From contig CAWEOP010000006.1 in the NCBI GenBank assembly GCA_963810755.1, positions 465,057 to 529,056 on the forward strand: a stretch of 64,000 nt of DNA, written 5' to 3'. Each line of letters starts with the position of its first letter. Position 1 is the first letter of the stretch. A model generated the notes under the pieces. That model searched no databases. It was given only the letters and a program-made list of their open reading frames with translations, and was not told the origin of the DNA. This stretch comes from an uncultured Gammaproteobacteria bacterium (GTDB taxonomy: Bacteria > Pseudomonadota > Gammaproteobacteria > Steroidobacterales > Rariloculaceae). The position numbers and the translations under genes were made by a program. This document shows positions 8,770 to 17,735 of this stretch, one piece after another.

Positions 8770-11043
8770 ATGGTGAGACGAATGCCGCCGCTTCCGCCGA
8801 GTGTCAAGGAGACGCTCGAGCGCATCGCGGTCGCTCTGTGGTTCGCGGGCGTCTGCTGGCTGCTCTACATGACGCTGCACGCGCAGCTCGCTCGCGCGGC
8901 GGAATTCCCGCAAGACATCGGCGCCGGCACGCTGCTGTTCCAAGCCGCCGACAGCTACGCGCCCGCGGCGCCGCTCGCGACCGACGTCCGGATGTCCGTG
9001 GCCGGCGTCGTCGCGCGCGTCACCGTTGCGCAGCGGTTCCGCAATCCCGGCAGCGAGTGGGCCGAGGCGGTGTACGCGTTTCCGCTGCCGGACGACGCGG
9101 CCGTAGATCGCCTGCAAATGAAGATCGGTGAGCGCGTCGTCGAAGGCGAGATTCACGAGCGTGAGCAAGCCGAGCGAATCTACGGCGCCGCGCGCGCCGC
9201 GGGACAACGCGCGAGCCTAATGCGGCAAAGCACGCCGAATCTCTTCACCACGGCCGTCGCGAACATCGCCCCCGGCGAGTCGATCGACATCACGATCGAG
9301 TATCTGCAGACCGCGCACTACGACGGCGGCGAGTTCAGCTTGCGATTCCCGATGACGATCACGCCGCGCTACGGCGTGGGCGACACACCGGAGCAGAAGA
9401 TGTCCGTGCCGTCGGATCCGTCGGCCGCGGCCGTCGGCTCGCGCGCGTCGATCGCCAACGCGATCACGGGCACGCAAACGCTTGCGATCGGAGCTCTCGC
9501 GGCGCCGAGCGCCGCGCACATCCTGCACGACGCCGGACGCGAGCAATTCGCGACGGGTGCCGCGCGGAGCGATGCCTCGCTGCGCGTGATCCTCGCGCCC
9601 GGACTGCCGCTCGCGGCGGTCGGCGCACGCCAGCACGATGTCCACGTGATCCGTGAGAGCGGCACTGCGAGCGACCTCGCGCTCGGCGGCAACGACCAAG
9701 GCGGCGGCGACGGCTTCGACACGAGCGGCGGCGACGGCCGCAGCAAGTCTGCCCAAAGCCGCAACGTGGCCGCCGCCGACCGTTACGTCATCGAACCGAC
9801 GACCGCGCGAGTTCCGATGGACCGCGACTTCGTGCTCGCATGGCGCCCGCAGGTCGGTAGCGAGCCGGCGGTCGCCGCGCTGACCGAGACGAAGGGCGAC
9901 ACGACCTACGCGCTGCTGATGATCGTGCCCCCGACCGAGACGCATGTGCGCTCGATTCGGCCGCGCGAGATGATCTACGTGATCGACACTTCCGGATCGA
10001 TGGGCGGGCAGTCGATCGAGCAGGCGAAGAGCGCGCTCAAGGATGCGCTCGGCAGGCTCACGAGCGCCGATCGGTTCAACATCTTTCAGTTCAACTCCTG
10101 GACCTCGAGCTTGTTCCGCCTGCCCGTCGACTTCACGGCGGAGAGCCACGCCCAAGCGCTGCATTGGATCGACACGCTTCAGTCCACGGGCGGCACCGAG
10201 ATGGAGCCCGCGATCCGCGCCGCGCTTGCGCAGCCCTCGGTGGAGGGTTACCTGAGGCAGGTGGTGTTTCTCACCGACGGCGCCGTGGCCGGAGAAACCA
10301 CACTGTTCACGGCGATCACGCAGGGTCTCCGCGACGCGCGGTTGTTCACGATCGGGATCGGCTCGGCGCCGAACTCGCACTTCATGCGCAAGGCGGCGCA
10401 GTTCGGCCGCGGCACCTACACGCACATCTCGAAGGAGTCGGAGATCGCGACCGCGATGCAGCGGCTGTTCGACAAGCTCGACGGCGTCGCGCTCACGGAC
10501 GTGCTCGTCGATTGGCCGAGCGCGATCGAAATCTACCCGAACCAGATTCCGGACCTCTACGCGGGCGAGCCCATCGTCGTCGCGGCGAGCTTCGCCGCGC
10601 GCGGCCCTGAGCCGCTCGCGGTGACGGCGTTCGGCCGCCTCGCGGGCGCGGAGTGGCGGCAGCAAGTCGTCGCCGCGTCGGACTCTCTGCCGGGCATCGC
10701 GGCGCTGTGGGCGCGGCGCAAGATCGAGTTCCTGACCGACAGCCGCGTCGCCGGCACGGACGAGAGCCTGATCCGCAAGATGATCGTCGACGTAGCGCTC
10801 GAGCACGGTCTCGTGAGCCCATACACGAGCCTCGTCGCCGTCGACAAGACCCCGGCACGCTCCGAAGCCGCGGCGCTCGAGCGGCGAGCCGTCGGCAACA
10901 TGCGGCCCGAGGGCGCGCAGTGGTCGGGCCTGCCGCAGACCGCGACCGCCGCGCCGCTCTATCGCTGGCTCGGTCTCTGTGTGCTGCTGCTCGCAGCGGC
11001 CGTCGGCGGGGCCGGGATACGGCGGCCAAGGCTCGCCGCGTGA
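8770..11043 (+). CDS. proteobacterial (GN) sortase target protein: VIT + vWA domains, C-terminal LPQTA sorting signal
   Basis: 757 aa, intact. VIT region (VAGVVARVTVAQRFRN...YAFPLPDDAAV). vWA MIDAS MIYVIDTSGSMGG. C-terminus LPQTAT (10930-10944) + hydrophobic helix + RRPR. Confidence 0.9.
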   Translation: MVRRMPPLPPSVKETLERIAVALWFAGVCWLLYMTLHAQLARAAEFPQDIGAGTLLFQAADSYAPAAPLATDVRMSVAGVVARVTVAQRFRNPGSEWAEAVYAFPLPDDAAVDRLQMKIGERVVEGEIHEREQAERIYGAARAAGQRASLMRQSTPNLFTTAVANIAPGESIDITIEYLQTAHYDGGEFSLRFPMTITPRYGVGDTPEQKMSVPSDPSAAAVGSRASIANAITGTQTLAIGALAAPSAAHILHDAGREQFATGAARSDASLRVILAPGLPLAAVGARQHDVHVIRESGTASDLALGGNDQGGGDGFDTSGGDGRSKSAQSRNVAAADRYVIEPTTARVPMDRDFVLAWRPQVGSEPAVAALTETKGDTTYALLMIVPPTETHVRSIRPREMIYVIDTSGSMGGQSIEQAKSALKDALGRLTSADRFNIFQFNSWTSSLFRLPVDFTAESHAQALHWIDTLQSTGGTEMEPAIRAALAQPSVEGYLRQVVFLTDGAVAGETTLFTAITQGLRDARLFTIGIGSAPNSHFMRKAAQFGRGTYTHISKESEIATAMQRLFDKLDGVALTDVLVDWPSAIEIYPNQIPDLYAGEPIVVAASFAARGPEPLAVTAFGRLAGAEWRQQVVAASDSLPGIAALWARRKIEFLTDSRVAGTDESLIRKMIVDVALEHGLVSPYTSLVAVDKTPARSEAAALERRAVGNMRPEGAQWSGLPQTATAAPLYRWLGLCVLLLAAAVGGAGIRRPRLAA

Positions 11044-11055
11044 TCTTGTCGGAGG

Positions 11056-11778
11056 GTGCGCACGATGAAAACGCTCGATACGCGGCCCGAGGCGCTCAGC
11101 GCACTGCGCCGGCCGCTGCGCGGCGAGATTCCCGTGATGCTCAGCTTGCCGCTGCGCATCGAGCGGCGGCCGCGCCGGCGACAGGGGCGCGCCCGCCGCG
11201 CGCTGCTGCTCGCGCTCGTCGCGCTCGGCGCCGCGTTGCTCGCCGCCGGCGTGTGGATGCCTGTGAAGGCCGAGGTCGCGCAGCAGCTGCTCAACCGCGC
11301 GTGGACCGCGACGAAAGACGACCGCCGCAACGTGCGCCCCTGGCCGTGGGCCGACACCTGGCCCGTCGCGCGGCTGCGTTTGCCGAACGGCGGCGAGCCG
11401 CTGACGGTGCTCGCGGGCGCCTCGGGCCGCAACCTCGCGTTCGCGCCGGCGCTGATGGACGGCAGCGCCGCGCCCGGGACTCCCGGTGTGACCGTGATCG
11501 CCGGCCATCGTGACACGCACTTCCGTGCGCTCGAGGCGCTTGCCCTCGGGGATACGTTCGAGATCGAGCGGGCCGACGGCGCCGTCTACGCCTACGACAT
11601 CGCAGCGATCGACGTCATCGACACCGAGCGCGAGCTGCTGCGGCTCGACGCGGACGAATCCATCGTCGCGCTCGTAACCTGCTGGCCGTTCGACGCGGTG
11701 ACTCCAGGCGGCAGCGAGCGTTTCGTCGTCACGGGGCGATTGCGCTCCGGACCCCCGCGCGGCGCCTCGGCTCCGTAG
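11056..11778 (+). CDS. class GN sortase
   Basis: 12 nt after its target gene. N-terminal TM helix. TVIAGHRDTHFRALEAL...IVALVTCWPFD contains the catalytic His and the TC(W)P Cys motif. Confidence 0.85.
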   Translation: MRTMKTLDTRPEALSALRRPLRGEIPVMLSLPLRIERRPRRRQGRARRALLLALVALGAALLAAGVWMPVKAEVAQQLLNRAWTATKDDRRNVRPWPWADTWPVARLRLPNGGEPLTVLAGASGRNLAFAPALMDGSAAPGTPGVTVIAGHRDTHFRALEALALGDTFEIERADGAVYAYDIAAIDVIDTERELLRLDADESIVALVTCWPFDAVTPGGSERFVVTGRLRSGPPRGASAP

Positions 11779-11925
11779 GCTCTGCCACCCGCGGCGTCAC
11801 GCGTCGCCGCCGCTCCTTTGCCGGCGCGCGACGCTTCGCCGGCTCGCGGCGCCTTTGCCGGCTCGCGGAGCGGGGCTACACTCCGCGCAGCCATCCCGAG
11901 CGATCGCGAGATCGAGGAACGCTGC

Positions 11926-12927
11926 ATGAAAGCCCTTGCCGTCGCCGCCGCACTCGCGCTGTTGTCCGCACCGGCCGTGAATGCCCACCACTCGTCCGCC
12001 GCCGTCTACGACCGCGACAAGATCATCGAGGCCGAGGGCGACATCACCGAAGTGTCCTGGAGCAACCCGCACGTCCGCTTCAAGATGCGCGGCGCGGAGC
12101 CCGGCGGCCCCGAGCGCGTCTGGGAGATCGAATCGAACTCCGTGAGCACCGTGAGCCGCTTCGGCCTGCGCGAGGACCTCGTCGAAGTCGGCGAGCACGT
12201 GAAGCTCGCGGGCAACAGCGGCCGGGCCCGCGACGACATCATATGGGTCACGAACATGCTGCTGCCCGACGGCCAGGAGATCCTGTTCGGCGCGGCGATC
12301 GCGCCGCGCTGGTCGGACCGTACGGTCGGAAAGGATATCCGCAGCGCCGTCGCCGCCGATTCGCAGGAGCTCGGACTGTTCCGCGTTTGGACGAACGTGA
12401 CGAATCCGCCGGCTTTCTGGAAACAGAATTACCCACTGACGCCGGCCGCCGCGGCGAAGCGCGCCGCGTTCCGGCCCGTGATCGACGATCCGACGCAGAA
12501 CTGCACGCCGAAGGGCATGACCTACGTCATGGAGCAGCCGTATCCGATCGAGTTCGTCAAAGACGGCGACGACATCCTGCTCACGATGGAGGAGTACGAC
12601 ACCGTCCGCCGGATCACGATGACGGGCTCGCCGAGTCCCGCGAAGCGCGGCGCCGCGCGGCTAGGCGTGTCGGTCGGGCGCTGGGAGGGCGGTACGCTCG
12701 TCGTCGACACCAGCGACATCGACTACCCGCACTTCGACGGCCGCGGCATCCCGCTCGCGCGCGGCGCACGCGTCGAGGAACGGTTCACGATGAACGCCGA
12801 CGGCAGCCGGCTCGACTACACGATGAAGGTGACCGACGCCGCGACGTTCACCGAGCCCGTGACGCTGACGAAGCAGTGGGAGTGGCGACCCGGCGAGCAG
12901 GTGCGGCCATACGACTGCCGCAAATGA
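11926..12927 (+). CDS. secreted fusion: DUF6152-like N-domain (HHS...NPH) + Cys-bracketed domain (family copy 1)
   Basis: MKALAVAAALALLSAPAVNA|HHSSAAVYD...WSNPHVRF. C-terminal half: NCTPKGMTYVMEQPYPIEF...GVSVGRWEGGTLVVDTSDIDYPHFD...PYDCRK. Intact. Confidence 0.75.
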   Translation: MKALAVAAALALLSAPAVNAHHSSAAVYDRDKIIEAEGDITEVSWSNPHVRFKMRGAEPGGPERVWEIESNSVSTVSRFGLREDLVEVGEHVKLAGNSGRARDDIIWVTNMLLPDGQEILFGAAIAPRWSDRTVGKDIRSAVAADSQELGLFRVWTNVTNPPAFWKQNYPLTPAAAAKRAAFRPVIDDPTQNCTPKGMTYVMEQPYPIEFVKDGDDILLTMEEYDTVRRITMTGSPSPAKRGAARLGVSVGRWEGGTLVVDTSDIDYPHFDGRGIPLARGARVEERFTMNADGSRLDYTMKVTDAATFTEPVTLTKQWEWRPGEQVRPYDCRK

Positions 12928-12934
12928 GAAATCG

Positions 12935-13666
12935 ATGTCCGCCGCGGTAATCATCGAGGACGCCGCGCCGCGGGCGCGCTTGGGGCGCAGCAAGTTCTAC
13001 GTCGGCGTCGCGCTGCTGATCACCCTGATCGTATTCACGGGCTTCTCGCCGAGCTTTTACGGAACCGTCGTCGCAGGCGTCGCGCATCCGTGGATCATCC
13101 ACGTGCACGCCGCGGTCTACGTCGGCTGGCTCGCGCTGTTGATCACGCAAAGCGTGCTCGCGGCACGCGGGCAGATCGCGCTGCACCGGCGCGTCGGCAC
13201 GCTTGGCATCGGCTACGGCGTGCTCGTCTTCGTTCTCGGGCTCATCGTGTCCGTCGCCGTTCCCGTGATCCACGTGCATGCGGGCGACTGGCCGATGGCG
13301 CGTGCCGAGCAGTTCCTCATCGTCCCGCTCGGCGACATGGTGCTGTTCGGCGGCTTCTTCGGTGCGGCGGTCGCCTACCGGCGGCAACCGGAGATTCACA
13401 AGCGGCTGATCCTGCTCGCGGCCGTTGCCGTGATGTTCGCCGCGGTCAGCCGAGTGTGGTTCGTCGAGTCGATCCCCGTGCGCCTATTCGTTTGGTATTT
13501 TCCGGTGCTCGTAGGGATGGCGTACGACCTCGTCAGTCGCCGGCGGATTCATCCCGTCTACTGGATCGGAGTTGCGGCCATGGCCGTCGCGTTCCTGCGT
13601 ATTCCGCTCAGCAGGACCGACTGGTGGCACGGCGTGGCGCGAGCGGCGTACGCCCCCTTCCTGTAG
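12935..13666 (+). CDS. His-rich polytopic membrane protein, unknown function
   Basis: 8 nt after the previous gene. About 6-7 hydrophobic helices. Repeated HxH at helix ends (HPWIIHVHAAVY, PVIHVHAGDW). Confidence 0.7.
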   Translation: MSAAVIIEDAAPRARLGRSKFYVGVALLITLIVFTGFSPSFYGTVVAGVAHPWIIHVHAAVYVGWLALLITQSVLAARGQIALHRRVGTLGIGYGVLVFVLGLIVSVAVPVIHVHAGDWPMARAEQFLIVPLGDMVLFGGFFGAAVAYRRQPEIHKRLILLAAVAVMFAAVSRVWFVESIPVRLFVWYFPVLVGMAYDLVSRRRIHPVYWIGVAAMAVAFLRIPLSRTDWWHGVARAAYAPFL

Positions 13667-13672
13667 CGCGAC

Positions 13673-14791
13673 TCAGCGCACGCGCGCGAGCGCCGCGCCG
13701 CGGCACAGCGACTCGAGCTTCGCCCACGCGATCTGCGGATGGCAGCGGCCGCCGAACCCGCAGTCCGCACCGGCCATCATGTTCTCGGCGCCCACGAGCC
13801 GCGCGAACCGCTCGATCCGCTGCGCGACGAGCTCAGGATGCTCGACGATGTCCGTCGAGTGCGTGACGCAGCCGGGGACGATCATCTTGCCGGCGGGCAG
13901 CTTCACGCTCTCCCAAACGGCGTGCTCGTGCTCGTGACGCGCGTTCGCGGCCTCGAACAAGTAAGTGCGCGCCTTGACGCGCAGCATGATGTCGACCACG
14001 TCCTTCATCGGCAGATCGAACGCGTGCGGGCCGTGCCAGCTTCCCCAACACAAGTGGTAGCGAATTTTTTCTTCCGGCACATTCGCGAGCGCATGGTTCA
14101 GCGCGTCGACGCGCAGCATGCAGTACTGCTTGTAGCGCTCGAGGCCCATCGAGATGCCGATCCGGTCCCAGAGCGCGAGCAGCCACGCGTCGTCCACTTG
14201 CACGGTGAAGCCCGCGCGCACGATGGTCTCGTACTCGGTGCGCAGAGCCTCCGCCAGCGCGAACACGAACGCTTCCTCGCTCTCGTAGTACTCGTTGCCG
14301 CGATACGGCTCGAGGCTCGCGGGTGCCGTGGTCGTGATGAAGCAATCGTCGGTATGGCCACCGACGATGGCCTTGAACACGTCGATCTCGCGCGCGAGCG
14401 CCGCTTCGGCCCGATACGTGATCGGCCCGGTGCATACCCAGTGCGGCCGCTGCGCCTTCATGCGGCCGTCCTCGGCGTAGAACAGCGTCTGGCGCTGCGC
14501 CGCGTAGCCGTAGAAGTCGGCGAACTCCTCGCGATCCGCGCCTTGGAGGATGAGCGGCTTGCGCACCGTTGGACGCTGCTCGAAGCCCGCGAAGCGCTGA
14601 TCGAGATACGACAGCCAGTCGCCGCCCTTGGTGAGCTCGCCTTCGTTGATCACGTCGAGGCCGATCAGCCGCTGCTTGTGGACGACCCAATCGACCGCGG
14701 CGCGCAACTCGGCGTCGCTCGCCGTGCCGTCGGCGTTGAAGCCTTGCGGCTCGGGCAAGCTGCCGATGTGGGTGGTTCTGATCTTCGTCAT
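13673..14791 (-). CDS. cobalamin-independent methionine synthase II (MetE C-terminal-like) family protein
   Basis: 372 aa. MTKIRTTHIGSLPEP..., ...HLCWGSWHGPH..., ...VPGCVTHSTD... match the UROD/MetE-like family. Confidence 0.85.
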   Translation of the reverse strand: MTKIRTTHIGSLPEPQGFNADGTASDAELRAAVDWVVHKQRLIGLDVINEGELTKGGDWLSYLDQRFAGFEQRPTVRKPLILQGADREEFADFYGYAAQRQTLFYAEDGRMKAQRPHWVCTGPITYRAEAALAREIDVFKAIVGGHTDDCFITTTAPASLEPYRGNEYYESEEAFVFALAEALRTEYETIVRAGFTVQVDDAWLLALWDRIGISMGLERYKQYCMLRVDALNHALANVPEEKIRYHLCWGSWHGPHAFDLPMKDVVDIMLRVKARTYLFEAANARHEHEHAVWESVKLPAGKMIVPGCVTHSTDIVEHPELVAQRIERFARLVGAENMMAGADCGFGGRCHPQIAWAKLESLCRGAALARVR

Positions 14792-15054
14792 TTTCGCGTT
14801 CGATAGACCTCGCGCCGGTTGCCGACCCTGACCACGAGGACGACTAGCCGATCGTCCTCGATCTCATAGATGATCCGATACGCACCTTGCCGGACACGAT
14901 AGCGCTCGAGCCCCGACAGCTTCTCGCAGCCGGGCGGCCGCGGGTCGTCGGCAAGCGCGGCGATGCGCTGCATGATCCGTTGAACATCCTGTTTCGGAAA
15001 GCGGCGCAAATCTTTCGCGACCGACTTTCGAAACACGAGCTCATAACTTGCCAT
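14788..15054 (-). CDS. type II toxin, RelE/ParE family
   Basis: 88 aa. YELVFRKSVAKDLRRFPKQD...YRVRQGAYRIIYEIEDDRLVVLVVRVGNRREVY. Its stop overlaps the MetE-like start (ATGA). Confidence 0.85.
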   Translation of the reverse strand: MASYELVFRKSVAKDLRRFPKQDVQRIMQRIAALADDPRPPGCEKLSGLERYRVRQGAYRIIYEIEDDRLVVLVVRVGNRREVYRTRK

Positions 15055-15277
15055 GCGCTTTGAGATCTTTCAGCAGCGCCTCGTACGACATCGTGGGCTC
15101 CGCAACACGGTCTTCGAAAGCTGCCAAGTCCTCTTCATCCTCGCGCAGGGCCATCCGCACGGCGTCGTTGACGATCTCCGAGATCGAGCGGTGCGTATGC
15201 GCGGCCTTCAGCCGGATGGCTCGATGCAAGTCGGCTTCGAAGTAAACGGTCGCGCGCTTTGCGGCGTCTTGGCTCAT
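15041..15277 (-). CDS. type II antitoxin, ribbon-helix-helix type
   Basis: 78 aa. ATVYFEADLHRAIRLKAAHTHRSISEIVNDAV (RHH) with an acidic tail. Overlaps the toxin start by 14 nt. Confidence 0.8.
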   Translation of the reverse strand: MSQDAAKRATVYFEADLHRAIRLKAAHTHRSISEIVNDAVRMALREDEEDLAAFEDRVAEPTMSYEALLKDLKAHGKL

Positions 15278-15577
15278 GGCTACCTCCGTGGAATGGCATC
15301 GTAACGTTCTAACGTTCTAGCGTCAAAACGTCGAGCCGATGCTCCCGAGCTCCATCCCGCGACCGGGACGTCGCGTGCGATTGCGGGACTCGACACTCGG
15401 CCGCGACGAGCGCGCTCGCGACGCGCATGCAAGGCAAATCAAGGCGTTGCTTGCGGACCGGCGCTTGGCACGGCCGTTGCTCTTCGCGTGGACGAGCGAG
15501 CGGCGGCGATCGATTCCGCGGAGACGTCGAAGACGGAGTAGCGGGCTGGCGCCGTGCGGCGCGCCGTCCGCCTTGAC

Positions 15578-17608
15578 CTAGCGGGCGGCCGCCGCCGGCG
15601 CCAACCCCATCCGCGCGACGATCTCGACGAAACGCGGCTCGCCGCGCAGAGCGGCGAAGAACGGATCGTTCGCGATGTCGAGCACGTCGCGTTGCCGTTG
15701 CTCGGCCCCGCGCTCGAGCAGCGCCAACGCACGCTCGCGCTCGCCGAGCGCAGCGTAGACGCGCGCCACGGTCGCGTAGTTCACCGGCGCGTCCGCGGGC
15801 GCGCGCGCCTCTAGCTCGCCGAGCAAAGCGCGCGCGTCGTCCTCGCGCCCAACGCGCGCGTAGGCCGCCGCGAGCCGTCCGACGACGGGAGCCGCGCGCT
15901 GCTGCAACACGGCCGCGCGCTCGAGCTCGCCAACGGCGGTCGCGAAGTCGCCGGCGCCGAACGCGGCGCAACCGAGCAGGTCGCGGCTCTGACCCTGCTC
16001 GGCACCGGTGCCGAGCGCCGCGTTCGCGAACTCCGCGGCTTCGGCGAAGCGGCCCGCGTCGATCAGCCGCTCGGCTACTTCCTGCTTGAGCCGGCCGTCC
16101 TCGGGGAGCGCGTCCGCGAGCGCTCGTACCCGCGCGACGGCCTCCTCGTGCCGCCCGAGCAGCGCCAGCACATACGCGTAACTCCAGACCGTGCCGCTCT
16201 CCGCCGGTGCGGCGGCGACCGCGCGCTCGAGCTCCGCGACTCCGTCTTGCCAGTCCCAGTCGAACGCAGCGCGAAGGTAGCCGAGCAGCGCGCTCGAGGT
16301 CGCGAGCTTCGGGTCGAGCTCGAGCGCACGCAGCGCGGCCGCGCGCGCGCGCGGAAACGCGCGTGCGGGGGTCGTCCATTCCACGTCGACGCCCGCGTCG
16401 TTCCAAGCGTACGCGAGCCAATCCCAGGCGACGGCGAAGTCGGCGTCCGCTTCGACAGCCGCTTCGAATTGCTCGATCGCGAGCTTGCTGTCGCCGGGTT
16501 GCTTGCGGCGGTAATGGTATTTGCCGAGCAAGAACGCTTCGTACGCGGGCAAGCTCGCCGTCGGCAGCGGTGCGGCGCGCGCGTCGGCGACCGCGAGCGA
16601 GCGCTTCAGCCCGGCCGCGACGCCGTCCGCGATGTCCGACTGCATGTCGAACAGAGCCTCTAGCGTGAGCGCCCGATCGAAGATGTCGGCCCAGAGCACG
16701 CTATCGGTGCCGACGTCCGTGAGCTGCGCGGTCACGCGCACGCGCTCATCGGCGTAGCTCACCGTGCCTTGCAGCACGGCGCCCACGCCGAGCTCGCGCG
16801 CGACCTCGCGGACGGGCTTACCCGAGCCGCCATACGAGGCGACGGCGGATTGCGACGCGACGCGAAGCGCGGGCGTCCCGGCGAGCCGCGCGATGATCTC
16901 TTCGTGCACGCCGTCCGCGAAATACTGATGGTCGGCCGCGGGGCTGAGGTCGCTGAATGGCAGCACCGCAACGCTGACGACGACGCCGGACCCCGCGGGC
17001 TTGGGAGCGCGCAGCGCAATGGTAATTCCGACCGCGGCTGCCACGGCGACGGCGAGCGCGAGCACCGCAACCCGCAAACGACTCCTTGCGGTCGCGGGAG
17101 GCGCAGGTTCGGCCGGCACCGTGCCGGCCCATTGCCCCGGCGCCAGCGGAACGGCTCCGGCCCATGGATGCAGCGGCGGCGCAGCGGCGCCGTCCGGCGC
17201 AGCCCCAATGGCAGACTCCGGGCGCGGCGCAGCAACGTCGCGCTCGGAAGCCGCGGCCGGCACGGCCTCGGGAGCGGCGGCCGGCGCCGCGCGCACGGTC
17301 GCGACGACTCGGTAGCCGCGCTTCGGAATCGTCTCGATGTAGGTCGGGTCGGCGCGCACGTCGCCCAAGATCTTGCGCAGATCCGCGACCGCGCGCGTCA
17401 GCGGCTCGTCGGAAACGGCGCTGCGTTCGCCCCAGACGACGCGCAGGAGCTCGTCGCGGCTCGCGACGCGGCCGGCGCGCTGCGCGAGCGCGACGAGCAG
17501 ATCCGTGAGCTTCGGAGTGAGATGGCGCTCGCCCGCCGGTCCGGTCAACGTTCCGGTCGCGGGGTCGACGGTCCATTCGCCGAGCACAAAGGGTTCGTGG
17601 GCGTTCAT
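15578..17608 (-). CDS. CadC/ToxR-like one-component regulator: winged-helix DNA-binding domain, TM helix, TolB-N-like domain, TPR region
   Basis: 676 aa, intact. LTPKLTDLLVALAQRAGRVASRDELLRVVWG...ETIPKRGYRVV. TM helix LRVAVLALAVAVAAAVGITIAL. VAVLPFSDLS...YFADGVHEEII. C-terminal TPR-like repeats. Confidence 0.85.
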   Translation of the reverse strand: MNAHEPFVLGEWTVDPATGTLTGPAGERHLTPKLTDLLVALAQRAGRVASRDELLRVVWGERSAVSDEPLTRAVADLRKILGDVRADPTYIETIPKRGYRVVATVRAAPAAAPEAVPAAASERDVAAPRPESAIGAAPDGAAAPPLHPWAGAVPLAPGQWAGTVPAEPAPPATARSRLRVAVLALAVAVAAAVGITIALRAPKPAGSGVVVSVAVLPFSDLSPAADHQYFADGVHEEIIARLAGTPALRVASQSAVASYGGSGKPVREVARELGVGAVLQGTVSYADERVRVTAQLTDVGTDSVLWADIFDRALTLEALFDMQSDIADGVAAGLKRSLAVADARAAPLPTASLPAYEAFLLGKYHYRRKQPGDSKLAIEQFEAAVEADADFAVAWDWLAYAWNDAGVDVEWTTPARAFPRARAAALRALELDPKLATSSALLGYLRAAFDWDWQDGVAELERAVAAAPAESGTVWSYAYVLALLGRHEEAVARVRALADALPEDGRLKQEVAERLIDAGRFAEAAEFANAALGTGAEQGQSRDLLGCAAFGAGDFATAVGELERAAVLQQRAAPVVGRLAAAYARVGREDDARALLGELEARAPADAPVNYATVARVYAALGERERALALLERGAEQRQRDVLDIANDPFFAALRGEPRFVEIVARMGLAPAAAAR

Positions 17609-17735
17609 CTGGCGCGTACTCTGGCGCGCCGTTGATGCCGCGCCCGTGCCAAGAATTGGCGGCGCCTAGGTTACCCCAGGTTGACCGTAAGTTGCGGGGC
17701 GAGCGTCAGATTCGCCCGGTCTTCCCGCGGGCGCG

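Noticed and set aside
9217-11520. 767-aa minus-strand ORF, the longest in this part of the track
   Set aside because: It is antisense to the well-supported VIT/vWA sortase target. The peptide is Arg/Ala/Gly/Pro-rich junk with no motif, the typical open antisense frame of GC-rich DNA.
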